Of a DNA stretch of 64,000 nt, positions 24,493 to 37,200 are shown one piece after another. The notes under the pieces were generated by a model. It was not told the DNA's origin. It saw only the letters and a program-made list of their open reading frames with translations, and made no database searches. The first letter of the stretch is position 1. Every line of letters begins with the position of its first letter. The position numbers and the translations under genes were made by a program. Source of the stretch: Antedon mediterranea (Eukaryota > Animalia > Echinodermata); assembly GCF_964355755.1 (NCBI RefSeq), contig NC_092677.1, forward strand, positions 23,609,175 through 23,673,174, in the 5' to 3' direction.

Positions 24493-25233
24493 TTATAGGT
24501 CCACGGTATAACTTACCGGGTTTTGACATGATACACTTGCAGTTAGGTCGCCATCGAAGACATTGAAATACTTCGACTGATCAATATCTAATTCTGGAAC
24601 AAACAAGTCGTTGATAAACTGAAGATCATAGGATAACCCACCAAGTCTGCGGCGTAGTGCTCGCTGGCGAGTGAAGTTGGCGCCCACACAGCTACCAGGG
24701 TGAGATAATCTGTATGCAGGGGAACGACTTGATGTCAATGTCACAGCTGGAAAAGTACCGTCCGCTCTACGGATATGATGGCGAGTATTGCTAGTATAAA
24801 TCAATGTGTTCTCGTATCGGATTGGTACTGGATGCGAATGAGAAGACTTATTAGAGGTATGGGTTGATTTTTCCAAGCGTTGCTTCTTACCGACGAGTTT
24901 TAAGTTGTTATTAACTACTGCGGTGACATGCTTTGAAGAAGTCGTTGTTAGGTCCATAGGTTTCATCTCTTGTTCGTGGCAGTGTTTACAGTCATGATTC
25001 ATGGCCCAGGAGCTCAACTTTTCGTCAGGCTTAAAGAAACACGTACAATTATTTAAGGCATAACGTACAGAAGTTTTCCAACCTTTGTGCTCTCCAAGAC
25101 GGAAACAATCGTAGGTCTTAGCCAAATACTCGTTGATCTCCCTTGTTGTCATTGTCAAGCGTGGAAAGTGTTTAAATGCACATTTAATCATGTCCACATA
25201 CGTCTCTCTCCTCGCTTGAGATATCTTAAACAT
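24493..25233 (-). CDS. Divergent forkhead-box transcription factor, FoxH-like, single coding exon, 246 aa
   Basis: TYVDMIKCAF..P...MTTREINEYL..TY.CF...HKGWKTSVRYALNNCTCFFK...SSW matches the winged-helix pattern. First ATG at 25233. Subclass assignment is tentative. Confidence 0.8.
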   Translation of the reverse strand: MFKISQARRETYVDMIKCAFKHFPRLTMTTREINEYLAKTYDCFRLGEHKGWKTSVRYALNNCTCFFKPDEKLSSWAMNHDCKHCHEQEMKPMDLTTTSSKHVTAVVNNNLKLVGKKQRLEKSTHTSNKSSHSHPVPIRYENTLIYTSNTRHHIRRADGTFPAVTLTSSRSPAYRLSHPGSCVGANFTRQRALRRRLGGLSYDLQFINDLFVPELDIDQSKYFNVFDGDLTASVSCQNPVSYTVDL

Positions 25234-28200
25234 TATAAATAGTTGCTTGTACAGCTTGCTGATGAAAACCGTTAGCACAGGTGTAATTCAGAGCTTAAGA
25301 AAATGGTAATTAAAATGACTGTTTTGGTTTATTTATTCACAGTGATCCCAGTCACCGAACTAACCAATCAGAACAATTATAATTTCAGAATAATGCAGAG
25401 CGCGGTGTTTAAGAAGTTGTTGCGTATTAAGGTACATCATCAAATCTAAAACTTCCACGCCTATTTTCAGTGATTTAACAACCCGTTCAATTTGAATAAC
25501 AATTAGAATCAACAGCATTTTACGATTATTTCGATAAACCATGAGGTATATGAAAATAAATGGATCTGATGAAGTTTGTAGCCGGGAAATAACAATACAG
25601 AAACCATTAAATAAAAAATTACTAACAAAGTATAAAAATAATGGATGAGTTGTTGGAACATAATATTACAGGAGGGTCATAGACTGTGTATAACAGCGTC
25701 AACCATGATATGTATGTTTCAATTCCCATTTTATTTTCAACCTGCCTATGGAACAAAAACTAACATGAAAAATAATAGAAGAAAATAATGTAGCCCGCTT
25801 AGCTAAGTTGGTAGGGCATCATTAACCTGAGAATCACGGGTTCAAGCTTCCAATATCTTTCAAGTGCATTTTATACCATAGGACAATTGAAATAAAAAAA
25901 AATTATGATAATGAAAAAATGGTATTTAAACAAAGCCCGGTAAGCTCAATCGGTAGAGCATCAGACTTTTAATGTGAGCGTCAAGGGTTGAAGTCCATTA
26001 TTGGGCGTATATGTTTTTTGCTTCCATTATCTTTCAAGTCAATTTTATACTTTAGGCCAATAGAAATTTAAAAAAAACATCTAAGAATGAGAACAAGGTA
26101 TTTATATGAAGCCCGGTTAGCTCAGTAGGTAGAGCATCAGACTTTTAATCTGAGGGTCAAGGGTTCAAATCCCTTATTGGGCGTATTTGTTTTTGCTTCC
26201 ATTATCTTTCAAGTCTATTTTATACTTTAGGCCAATTGAAATAAAACAAACGTCTAAGAATAAGAACATGGCTTTTATGTGAAGCCCGGTTAGCTCACTT
26301 GGTAGAGCATCAGAGTTTTAATCTGAGGGTCAAGGGTTCAAGTCCCTTATTGGACGTGTTTGTTTTTTGCTTCCATTATCTTTGAAGTTAATTTTATACT
26401 TTAGGCCAATAGAAATTTTTAAGAAAAAGTCTAAGAATGAGAACAAGTTGTTTATATGAAGCCCGGTTAGCTCAGTTGGTAGAGCATCAGACTTTGAATG
26501 TGATGGTCAAGGGTTCAAGTCCCTTATTGGGCGTATATGTTTTTTGCTTCCACTATCTTTGAAGTCAATTTTATACTTCAGGCCAGAATGAGAACAAGGT
26601 ATTTTTATGAACCCCGGTTAGCTCAGTAGGTAGAGCATCAGACTTTTAATCTGACGGTCAAGGGTTAAAGCCCGGTCAAGGGTTAAAGCCCGTTATTGGG
26701 CGTACTCCTTTTTTGCTTCCATTATCGTTCAAGTCAATTTTATTCTTTAGGCCAATAGAAATAAAAAAAAAAAAAACGTTTAAGAATGAGAACAAGGTAT
26801 TTATATGAAGCCCGCTTAGCTCAGTTGGTAGAGCTTCAGACTTTTAATCTGAGGGTCAAGAGTTCAAGTCCCTTATTGGGCGTATTTGTTTTTTGCTTCC
26901 ATTATCTTTCAAGTCAATTTTATACTTTAGGCCAATTGAAATTAAAAAAAAACGTCTAAGAATGAGAACAAGGTAGTTATATGAAGCCCGGTTAGCTCAG
27001 TTGGTAGAGCATCAGACTTTTAATCTGAGGGTCAAGGGTTCAAATCCCTTATTGAGCGTATATGTTTTTTGCTTCCATTATTCTTTGAAGTCAATTTTAT
27101 ACTTTAGGCCAATTGAAATTTTAAAAAAAAACGTCTAAGAATGAGAACAAGGTATTTATATGAAGCCCGGTTAGCTCAGTTGGTAGAGCATAAGACTTTT
27201 AATCTGAAGGTCAAGGGTTCAAATCCCTTATTGGGCTTTTTTCGAGTTTTGCTTCCATTATCGTACAAGTCAATTTTATACTCCAGGCCAATTGAAATAA
27301 AACAAACTTCTAAGAATGAGAATAATGTATTTATATGAAGCTCGGTTAGCTCAGTTGGTAGCGCAAAAGACTTTTAATCTGAGGTCAAGGATTAAAGCCC
27401 GTTATTTGGCGTATTCCTTTTTTGCTCCCATTATCGTTCAAGTCAATTTTATACTTTAGGCCAATAGAAATAAAAAAAAACCGTCTAAGAATGAGAACAA
27501 GGTATTTATATGAAGCCCGGTTAGCTCAGTTGGTAGAGATCAGACTTTTAATCTGAGGGTCAAGGGTTCAAGTCCCTTATTGGGCGTACAGTATTTGTTT
27601 TTTGCCTCCATTATCTTTCAAGTCAATTTTATACTTTAGGCCAATTGAAATTTCAAATAAACGTCTAAGAATGAGAACAAGGTAGTTATATGAAGCCCGG
27701 TTAGCTCAGTTGGTAGAGCATCAGACTTTTAATCTGAGGGTCAAGGGTTCAAGTCCCTTATTGGGCGTATATGTTCTTTGCTTCCATTATCTTTGAAGTC
27801 AATTTTATACTTCAGGCCAATAAAAATATAAAAAAAACGTCTAAGAATGAGAACAATGTAATTATATGAAGCCCGGTTAGCTCAGTAGGTAGAGCCTCAA
27901 ACTTTTAATCTGATTGTCAAGGGTTCAAATCCCTTATTGGGCGTATTCGTTTTTGCTTCCATTATCTTTCAAGTCTATTTTATACTTTAGGCCAATTGAA
28001 ATAAAACAAATGTCTAAGAATAAGAACATGGCTTTTATATAAAGCCCGGTTAGCTCAGTTGGTAGAGCATCAGACTTTTAATCTGAGGGTGAGGGGTTCA
28101 AGTCCCTTATTGGGCGTATTTGTTTTTGCTTCCATTATCTTTGAAGTCAATTTTATACTTTAGGCCAATAGAAATTTAAAAAAAACGTCTAAGAATGAGA

Positions 28201-31200
28201 ACAAGGTGTTTATATGAAGCCCGGTTAGCTCAGTTGGTAGAGCATCAGACTTTTAATCTGAGGGTCAAGGGTTTAAATCCCTTATTGGGCGTGTATGTTT
28301 TTTGCTTCCATTATCTTTGAAGTCAATTTTATACTTTAGGCGAATAGAAATTTAAAAAAAACGTCTAAGAATGAGAACAAGGTATTTATTTGAAGCCCGG
28401 TTACCTCAGTTGGTAGAGCATCAGACTTTTAATCTGAGGGTAAAGGGTTCAAATCCCTTATTGGGCTTTTTTTCGAGTTTTGCTTCCATTATCGTACAAG
28501 TCAATTTTATACTCCAGGCCAATTGAAATAAAACAAACTTCTAAGAATGAGAATAATGTATTTATATGAAGCTCGGTTAGCTCAGTTGGTAGCGCAAAAG
28601 ACTTTTAATCTGAGGTCAAGGATTAAAGCCCGTTATTTGGCATATTCCTTTTTTGCTCCCATTATCGTTCAAGTCAATTTTTTATACTTTAGGCCAATTG
28701 AAATAACAAACTTCTAAGAATGAGAACAAGGTATTTATATGAGGCTCGGTTAGCTCAGTTGGTAGCGCAAAAGACTTTTAATCTGAGGTCAAGGGTTAAA
28801 GCCCGTTATTCGGCGTATTCCTTTTTGGCTTCCATTATTGTTCAAGTCAATTTTATACTTTAGGCCAATAGAAATAAAAAAAAACCGTCTAAGAATGAGA
28901 ACAAGGTATTTATATGAAGCCCGGTTAGCTCAGTTGGTAGAGCATCAGACGTTTAATCTGGGGGTCAAGGGTTCAAATCCCTTAATGGGCGTATTTGTTT
29001 TTGCTTCCATTATCTTTGAAGTCAATTTTATACTTTAGTCCAATAGAAATTTAAAAAAAAACGTCTAAGAATGAGAACAAGGTATTCATATGAAGCCCGG
29101 TTAGCTCAGTTGGTAGAGCATCAGACTTTTAATCTGAGGGTCAAGGGTTCAAGTCCCTTATTGGGCGTATTTGTTTTTTGCTTCCATTATCTTTCAAGGT
29201 AATTTTATACTTTAGGCCAATTGAAATTAAAAAAAAAACGTCTAAGAATGAGAACAAGGTGATAATATGAAGCCCGGTTAGCTCATTTGGTAGAGCATCA
29301 GACTTTTAATCTGAGGGTCAAGGGTTCAAATCCCTTATTGGGCGTATATGTTTTTTGCTTCCATTATCTTTGAAGTCAATTTTATACTTTAAGCGAATAG
29401 AAATTTAAAAAAAACGTCTAAGAATGAGAACAAGGTATTTATATGAAGCCCGGTTACCTCAGTTGGTAGAGCATCAGACTTTTAATCTGAGGGTAAAGGG
29501 TTCAAATCCCTTATTGGGCTTATTGGAGTTTTGCTTCCATTATCGTTCAAGTCAATTTTATACTTTAGGCCAATTGAAATAAAACAAACTTCTAAGAATG
29601 AGAACAAGGTATTTATATGAGGCTCGGTTAGCTCAGTTGGTAGCGCAAAAGACTTTTAATCTGAGGTCAAGGGTTAAAGCCCATTATTCGGCGTATTCCT
29701 TTTTGGCTTCCATTATCGTCCAAGTCAATTTTATACCTTAGGCCAATAGAAGTAAAAAAAAAAAACGTCTAAGAATGAGAACAAGGTATTTATATGAAGC
29801 CCGGTTAGCTCAGTTGGTAGAGCATCAGACTTTTAATCTGAGGGTCAAGGGTTCAAGTCCCTTATTGGGCGTATTTGTTTTTTGCTTCCATTATCTTTCA
29901 AGTCAATTTTATACTTTAGGCCAATTGAAATTTAAAAAAACGTCTAAGAATGAGAACAAGGTGTTTAAATGAAGCCCGGTTAGCTCAGTTGGTGGAGCAT
30001 CAGACTTTTAATCTGAGGGTCAAGGGTTCAAATCCCTTATTGGGCGTGTATGTTTTTTGCTTCCATTATCTTTCAAGGTAATTTTATACTTTAGGCCAAT
30101 TGAAATTTAAAAAAAACGTCTAAGAATGAGAACAAGGTGATAATATGAAGACCGGTTAGCTCATTTGGTAGAGCATCAGACTTTTAATCTGAGGGTCAAG
30201 GGTTCAAATCCCTTATTGGGCGTATATGTTTTTTGCTTCCATTATCTTTGAAGTCAATTTTATACTTTAGGCGAATAGAAATTTAAAAAAAACGTCTAAG
30301 AATGAGAACAATGTATTTATATGAAGCCCGGTTACCTCAGTTGGTAGAGCATCAGACTTTTAATCTGAGGGTAAAGGGTTCAAATCCCTTATTGGGCTTA
30401 TTGGAGTTTTGCTTCCATTATCGTTCAAGTCAATTTTATACTTTAGGCCAATTGAAATAAAACAAACTTCTAAGAATGAGAACAAGGTATTTATATGAGG
30501 CTCGGTTAGCTCAGTTGGTAGCGCAAAAGACTTTTAATCTGAGGTCAAGGGTTAAAGCCCATTATTCGGCGTATTCCTTTTTGGCTTCCATTATCGTCCA
30601 AGTCAATTTTATACCTTAGGCCAATAGAAGTAAAAAAAAAAAACGTCTAAGAATGAGAACAAGGTATTTATATGAAGCCCGGTTAGCTCAGTTGGTAGAG
30701 CATCAGACTTTTAATCTGAGGGTCAAGGGTTCAAGTCCCTTATTGGGGGTATTTGTTTTTTGCTTCCATTATCTTTCAAGTCAATTTTATACTTTAGGCC
30801 AATTGAAATTTAAAAAAAACGTCTAAGAATGAGAACAAGGTGTTTATATGAAGCCCGGTTAGCTCAGTTGGTAGAGCATCAGACTTTTAATCTGAGGGTC
30901 AAGGGTTCAAATCTCTTATTGGGCGTGTATGTTTTTTGCTTCCATTATCTTTGAAGTCAATTTTATACTTTAGGCGAATAGAAATTTAAAAAAAACGTCT
31001 AAAAATGAGAACAAGGTATTTATATGAAGCCCGGTTACGTCAGTTGGTAGAGCATCAGACTTTTAATCTGAGGGTCAAGGGTTCAAATCCCTTATTGGGC
31101 TTTTTTCGAGTTTTGCTTCCATTATCGTACAAGTCAATTTTATACTCCAGGCCAATTGAAATAAAACAAACTTCTAAGAATGAGAATAACGTATTTATAT

Positions 31201-34200
31201 GAAGCTCGGTTAGCTCAGTTGGTAGCGCAAAAGACTTTTAATCTGAGGTCAAGGATTAAAGCCCGTTATTTGGCGTATTCCTTTTTTGCTCCCATTATCG
31301 TTCAAGTCAATTTTATACTTTAGGCCAATAGAAATAAAAAAAAACCGTCTAAGAATGAGAACAAGGTATTTATATGAAGCCCGGTTAGCTCAGTTGGTAG
31401 AGCATCAGACTTTTAATCTGAGGGTCAAGGGTTCAAGTCCCTTATTGGGCGTATTTGTTTTTTGCCTCCATTATCTTTAAAGTCAATTTTATACTTTAGG
31501 CCAATTGAAATTTCAAATAAACGTCTAAGAATGAGAACAAGGTAGTTATATGAAGCCCGGTTAGCTCAGTTGGTAGAGCATCAGACTTTTAATCTGAGGG
31601 TCAAGGGTTCAAGTCTCTTATTGGGCGTATATGTTTTTTGCTTCCATTATCTTTGAAGTCAATTTTATACTTCAGGCCAATAAAAATATAAAAAAAACGT
31701 CTAAGAATGAGAACAATGTAATTATATGAAGCCCGGTTAGCTCAGTGGGTAGAGCCTCAAACTTTTAATCTGAGGGTCAAGGGTTCAAATCCCTTATTGG
31801 GCGTATTCGTTTTTGCTTCCATTATCTTTCAAGTCTATTTTATACTTTAGGCCAATTGAAATAAAACAAACGTCTAAGAATAAGAACATGGCTTTATATA
31901 AAGCCCGGTTAGCTCAGTTGGTAGAGCATCAGACTTTTAATCTGAGGGTCAAGGGTTCAAGTCCCTTATTGGGCGTATTTGTTTTTGCTTCCATTATCTT
32001 TGAAGTCAATTTTATACTTTAGGCCAATAGAAATTTAAAAAAAAACGTCTAAGAATGAGAACAAGGTATTCATATGAAGCCCGGTTAGCTCAGTTGGTAG
32101 AGCATCAGACTTTTAATCTGAGGGTCAAGGGTTCAAGTCCCTTATTGGGCGTATTTGTTTTTTGCTTCCATTATCTTTCAAGGTAATTTTATACTTTAGG
32201 CCAATTGAAATTTTAAAAAAACGTCTAAGAATGAGAACAAGGTGATAATATGAAGCCCGGTTAGCTCATTTGGTAGAGCATCAGACTTTTAATCTGAGGG
32301 TCAAGGGTTCAAATCCCTTATTGGGCTTATTGGAGTTTTGCTTCCATTATCGTTCAAGTCAATTTTATACTTTAGGCCAATTGAAATAAAACAAACTTCT
32401 AAGAATGAGAACAAGGTATTTATATGAGGCTCGGTTAGCTCAGTTGGTAGCGCAAAAGACTTTTAATCTGAGGTCAAGGGTTAAAGCCCGTTATTCGGCG
32501 TATTCCTTTTTGGCTTCCATTATCGTCCAAGTCAATTTTATACATTAGGCCAATAGAAGTAAAAAAAAAACGTCTAAGAATGAGAACAAGGTATTTATAT
32601 GAAGCCCGGTTAGCTCAGTTGGTAGAGCATCAGACTTTTAATCTGAGGGTCAAGGGTTCAAGTCCCTTATTGGGCGTATTTGTTTTTTGCTTCCATTATC
32701 TTTCAAGTCAATTTTATACTTTAGGCCAATTGAAATTTAAAAAAAACGTCTAAGAATGAGAACAAGGTGTTTATATGAAGCCCGGTTAGCTCAGTTGGTA
32801 GAGCATCAGACTTTTAATCTGAGGGTCAAGGGTTCAAATCCCTTATTGGGCGTGTATGTTTTTTGCTTCCATTATCTTTGAAGTCAATTTTATACTTTAG
32901 GCGAATAGAAATTTAAAAAAAACGTCTAAGAATGAGAACAAGGTATTTATATGAAGCCCGGTTACCTCAGTTGGTAGAGCATCAGACTTTTAATCTGAGG
33001 GTAAAAGGTTCAAATCCCTTATTGGGCTTTTTTTCGAGTTTTGCTTCCATTATCGTACAAGTCAATTTTATACTCCAGGCCAATTGAAATAAAACAAACT
33101 TCTAAGAATGAGAATAATGTATTTATATGAAGCTCGGTTAGCTCAGTTGGTAGCGCAAAAGACTTTTAATCTGAGGTCAAGGATTAAAGCCTGTGATTTG
33201 GCATATTCCTTTTTTGCTCCCATTATCGTTCAAGTCAATTTTTTATACTTTAGGCCAATTGAAATAACAAACTTCTAAGAATGAGAACAAGGTATTTATA
33301 TGAGGCTCGGTTAGCTCAGTTGGTAGCGCAAAAGACTTTTAATCTGAGGTCAAGGGTTAAAGCCCGTTATTCGGCGTATTCCTTTTTGGCTTCCATTATT
33401 GTTCAAGTAAATTTTATACTTTAGGCCAATAGAAATAAAAAAAAACCGTCTAAGAATGAGAACAAGGTATTTATATGAAGCCCGGTTAGCTCAGTTGGTA
33501 GAGCATCAGACGTTTAATCTGGGGGTCAAGGGTTCAAGTCCCTTAATGGGCGTATTTGTTTTTTGCCTCCATTATCTTTCAAGTTAATTTTATACTTTAG
33601 GCCAATTGAAATTTCAAATAAACGTCTAAGAATGAGAACAAGGTAGTTATATGAAGCCCGGTTAGCTCAGTTGGTAGAGCATCAGACTTTTAATCTGAGG
33701 GTCAAGGGTTCAAATCCCTTATTGGGCTTTTTTCGAGTTTTGCTTCCATTATCGTATAAGTCAATTTTATACTCCAGGCCAATTGAAATAAAACAAACTT
33801 CTAAGAATGAGAATAATGTATTTATATGAAGCTCGGTTAGCTCAGTTGGTAGCGCAAAAGACTTTTAATCTGAGGTCAAGGATTAAAGCCCGTTATTTGG
33901 CGTATTCCTTTTTTGCTCCCATTATCGTTCAAGTCAATTTTATACTTTAGGCCAATACAAATAAAAAAAAACCGTCTAAGAATGAGAACAAGGTATTTAT
34001 ATGAAGCCCGGTTAGCTCAGTTGGTAGAGCATCAGACTTTTAATCTGAGGGTCAAGGGTTCAAGTCCCTTATTGGGCGTATTTGTTTTTTGCCTCCATTA
34101 TCTTTAAAGTCAATTTTATACTTTAGGCCAATTGAAATTTCAAATAAACGTCTAAGAATGAGAACAAGGTAGTTATATGAAGCCCGGTTAGCTCAGTTGG

Positions 34201-37200
34201 TAGAGCATCAGACTTTTAATCTGAGGGTCAAGGGTTTAAGTCCCTTATTGGGCTTATATGTTTTTTGCTTCCATTATCTTTGAAGTCAATTTTATACTTC
34301 AGGCCAATAAAAATATAAAAAAAACGTCTAAGAATGAGAACAATGTAATTATATGAAGCCCGGTTAGCTCAGTAGGTAGAGCCTCAAACTTTTTATCTGA
34401 GGGTCAAGGGTTCAAATCCCTTATTGGGCGTATTCGTTTTTGCTTCCATTATCTTTCAAGTCTATTTTATACTTTAGGCCAATTGAAATAAAAAAAACGT
34501 CTAAGAATGAGAACAAGGTATTTATATGAAGCCCGGTTAGCTCAGTTGGTAGAGCATCAGACGTTTAATCTGGGGGTCAAGGGTTCAAGTCCCTTAATGG
34601 GCGTATTTGTTTTTTGCCTCCATTATCTTTCAAGTTAATTTTATACTTTAGGCCAATTGAAATTTCAAATAAACGTCTAAGAATGAGAACAAGGTAGTTA
34701 TATGAAGCCCGGTTAGCTCAGTTGGTATAGTAGAGCATCAGACTTTTAATCTGAGGGTCAAGGGTTCAAATCCCTTATTGGGCTTTTTTCGAGTTTTGCT
34801 TCCATTATCGTATAAGTCAATTTTATACTCCAGGCCAATTGAAATAAAACAAACTTCTAAGATTGAGAATAATGTATTTATATGAAGCTCGGTTAGCTCA
34901 GTTGGTAGCGCAAAAGACTTTTAATCTGAGGTCAAGGATTAAAGCCCGTTATTTGGCGTATTCCTTTTTTGCTCCCATTATCGTTCAAGTCAATTTTATA
35001 CTTTAGGCCAATACAAATTAAAAAAAAACCGTCTAAGAATGAGAACAAGGTATTTATATGAAGCCCGGTTAGCTCAGTTGGTAGAGCATCAGACTTTTAA
35101 TCTGAGGGTCAAGGGTTCAAGTCCCTTATTGGGCGTATTTGTTTTTTGCCTCCATTATCTTTAAAGTCAATTTTATACTTTAGGCCAATTGAAATTTCAA
35201 ATAAACGTCTAAGAATGAGAACAAGGTAATTATATGAAGCCCGGTTAGCTCAGTTGGTAGAGCATCAGACTTTTAATCTGAGGGTCAAGGGTTTAAGTCC
35301 CTTATTGGGCTTATATGTTTTTTGCTTCCATTATCTTTGAAGTCAATTTTATACTTCAGGCCAATAAAAATATAAAAAAAACGTCTAAGAATGAAAACAA
35401 TGTAATTATATGAAGCCCGGTTAGCTCAGTAGGTAGAGTCTCAAACTTTTTATCTGAGGGTCAAGGGTTCAAATCCCTTATTGGGCGTATTCGTTTTTGC
35501 TCCCATTATCTTTCAAGTCTATTTTATACTTTAGGCCAATTGAAATAAAAAAAACGTCTAAGAATAAGAACATGGCTTTTATATAAAGCCCGGTTAGCTC
35601 AGTTGGTAGAGCATCAGACTTTTAATCTGAGGGTAAAGGGTTCAAATCCCTTATTGGGCTTATTGGAGTTTTGCTTCCATTATCGTTCAAGTCAATTTTA
35701 TACTTTAGGCCAATTGAAATAAAACAAACTTCTAAGAATGAGAACAAGGTATTTATATGAGGCTCGGTTAGCTCAGTTGGTAGCGCAAAAGACTTTTAAT
35801 CTGAGGTCAAGGGTTAAAGCCCGTTATTCGGCGTATTCCTTTTTGGCTTCCATTATCGTCCAAGTCAATTTTATACATTAGGCCAATAGAAGTAAAAAAA
35901 AAACGTCTAAGAATGAGAACAAGGTATTTATATGAAGCCCGGTTAGCTCAGTTGGTAGAGCATCAGACTTTTAATCTGAGGGTCAAGGGTTCAAGTCCCT
36001 TATTGGGCGTATTTGTTTTTTGCTTCCATTATCTTTCAAGTCAATTTTATACTTTAGGCCAATTGAAATTTAAAAAAAACGTCTAAGAATGAGAACAAGG
36101 TGTTTATATGAAGCCCGGTTAGCTCAGTTGGTAGAGCATCAGACTTTTAATCTGAGGGTCAAGGGTTCAAATCCCTTATTGGGCGTGTATGTTTTTTGCT
36201 TCCATTATCTTTGAAGTCAATTTTATACTTTAGGCGAATAGAAATTTAAAAAAAACGTCTAAGAATGAGAACAAGGTATTTATATGAAGCCCGGTTACCT
36301 CAGTTGGTAGAGCATCAGACTTTTAATCTGAGGGTAAAAGGTTCAAATCCCTTATTGGGCTTTTTTTCGAGTTTTGCTTCCATTATCGTACAAGTCAATT
36401 TTATACTCCAGGCCAATTGAAATAAAACAAACTTCTAAGAATGAGAATAATGTATTTATATGAAGCTCGGTTAGCTCAGTCGGTAGCGCAAAAGACTTTT
36501 AATCTGAGGTCAAGGATTAAAGCCCGTGATTTGGCATATTCCTTTTTTGCTCCCATTATCGTTCAAGTCAATTTTTTATACTTTAGGCCAATTGAAATAA
36601 CAAACTTCTAAGAATGAGAACAAGGTATTTATATGAGGCTCGGTTAGCTCAGTTGGTAGCGCAAAAGACTTTTAATCTGAGGTCAAGGGTTAAAGCCCGT
36701 TATTCGGCGTATTCCTTTTTGGCTTCCATTATTGTTCAAGTAAATTTTATACTTTAGGCCAATAGAAATAAAAAAAAACCGTCTAAGAATGAGAACAAGG
36801 TATTTATATGAAGCCCGGTTAGCTCAGTTGGTAGAGCATCAGACGTTTAATCTGGGGGTCAAGGGTTCAAGTCCCTTAATGGGCGTATTTGTTTTTTGCC
36901 TCCATTATCTTTCAAGTTAATTTTATACTTTAGGCCAATTGAAATTTCAAATAAACGTCTAAGAATGAGAACAAGGTAGTTATATGAAGCCCGGTAAGCT
37001 CAGTTGGTAGAGCATCAGACTTTTAATCTGAGGGTCAAGGGTTTAAGTCCCTTATTGGGCTTTTTCCAGGTTTGGCTTCCATTATCGTATAAGTCAATTT
37101 TATACTCCAGGCCAATTGAAATAAAACAAACTTCTAAGAATGAGAATAATGTATTTATATGAAGCTCGGTTAGCTCAGTTGGTAGCGCAAAAGACTTTTA

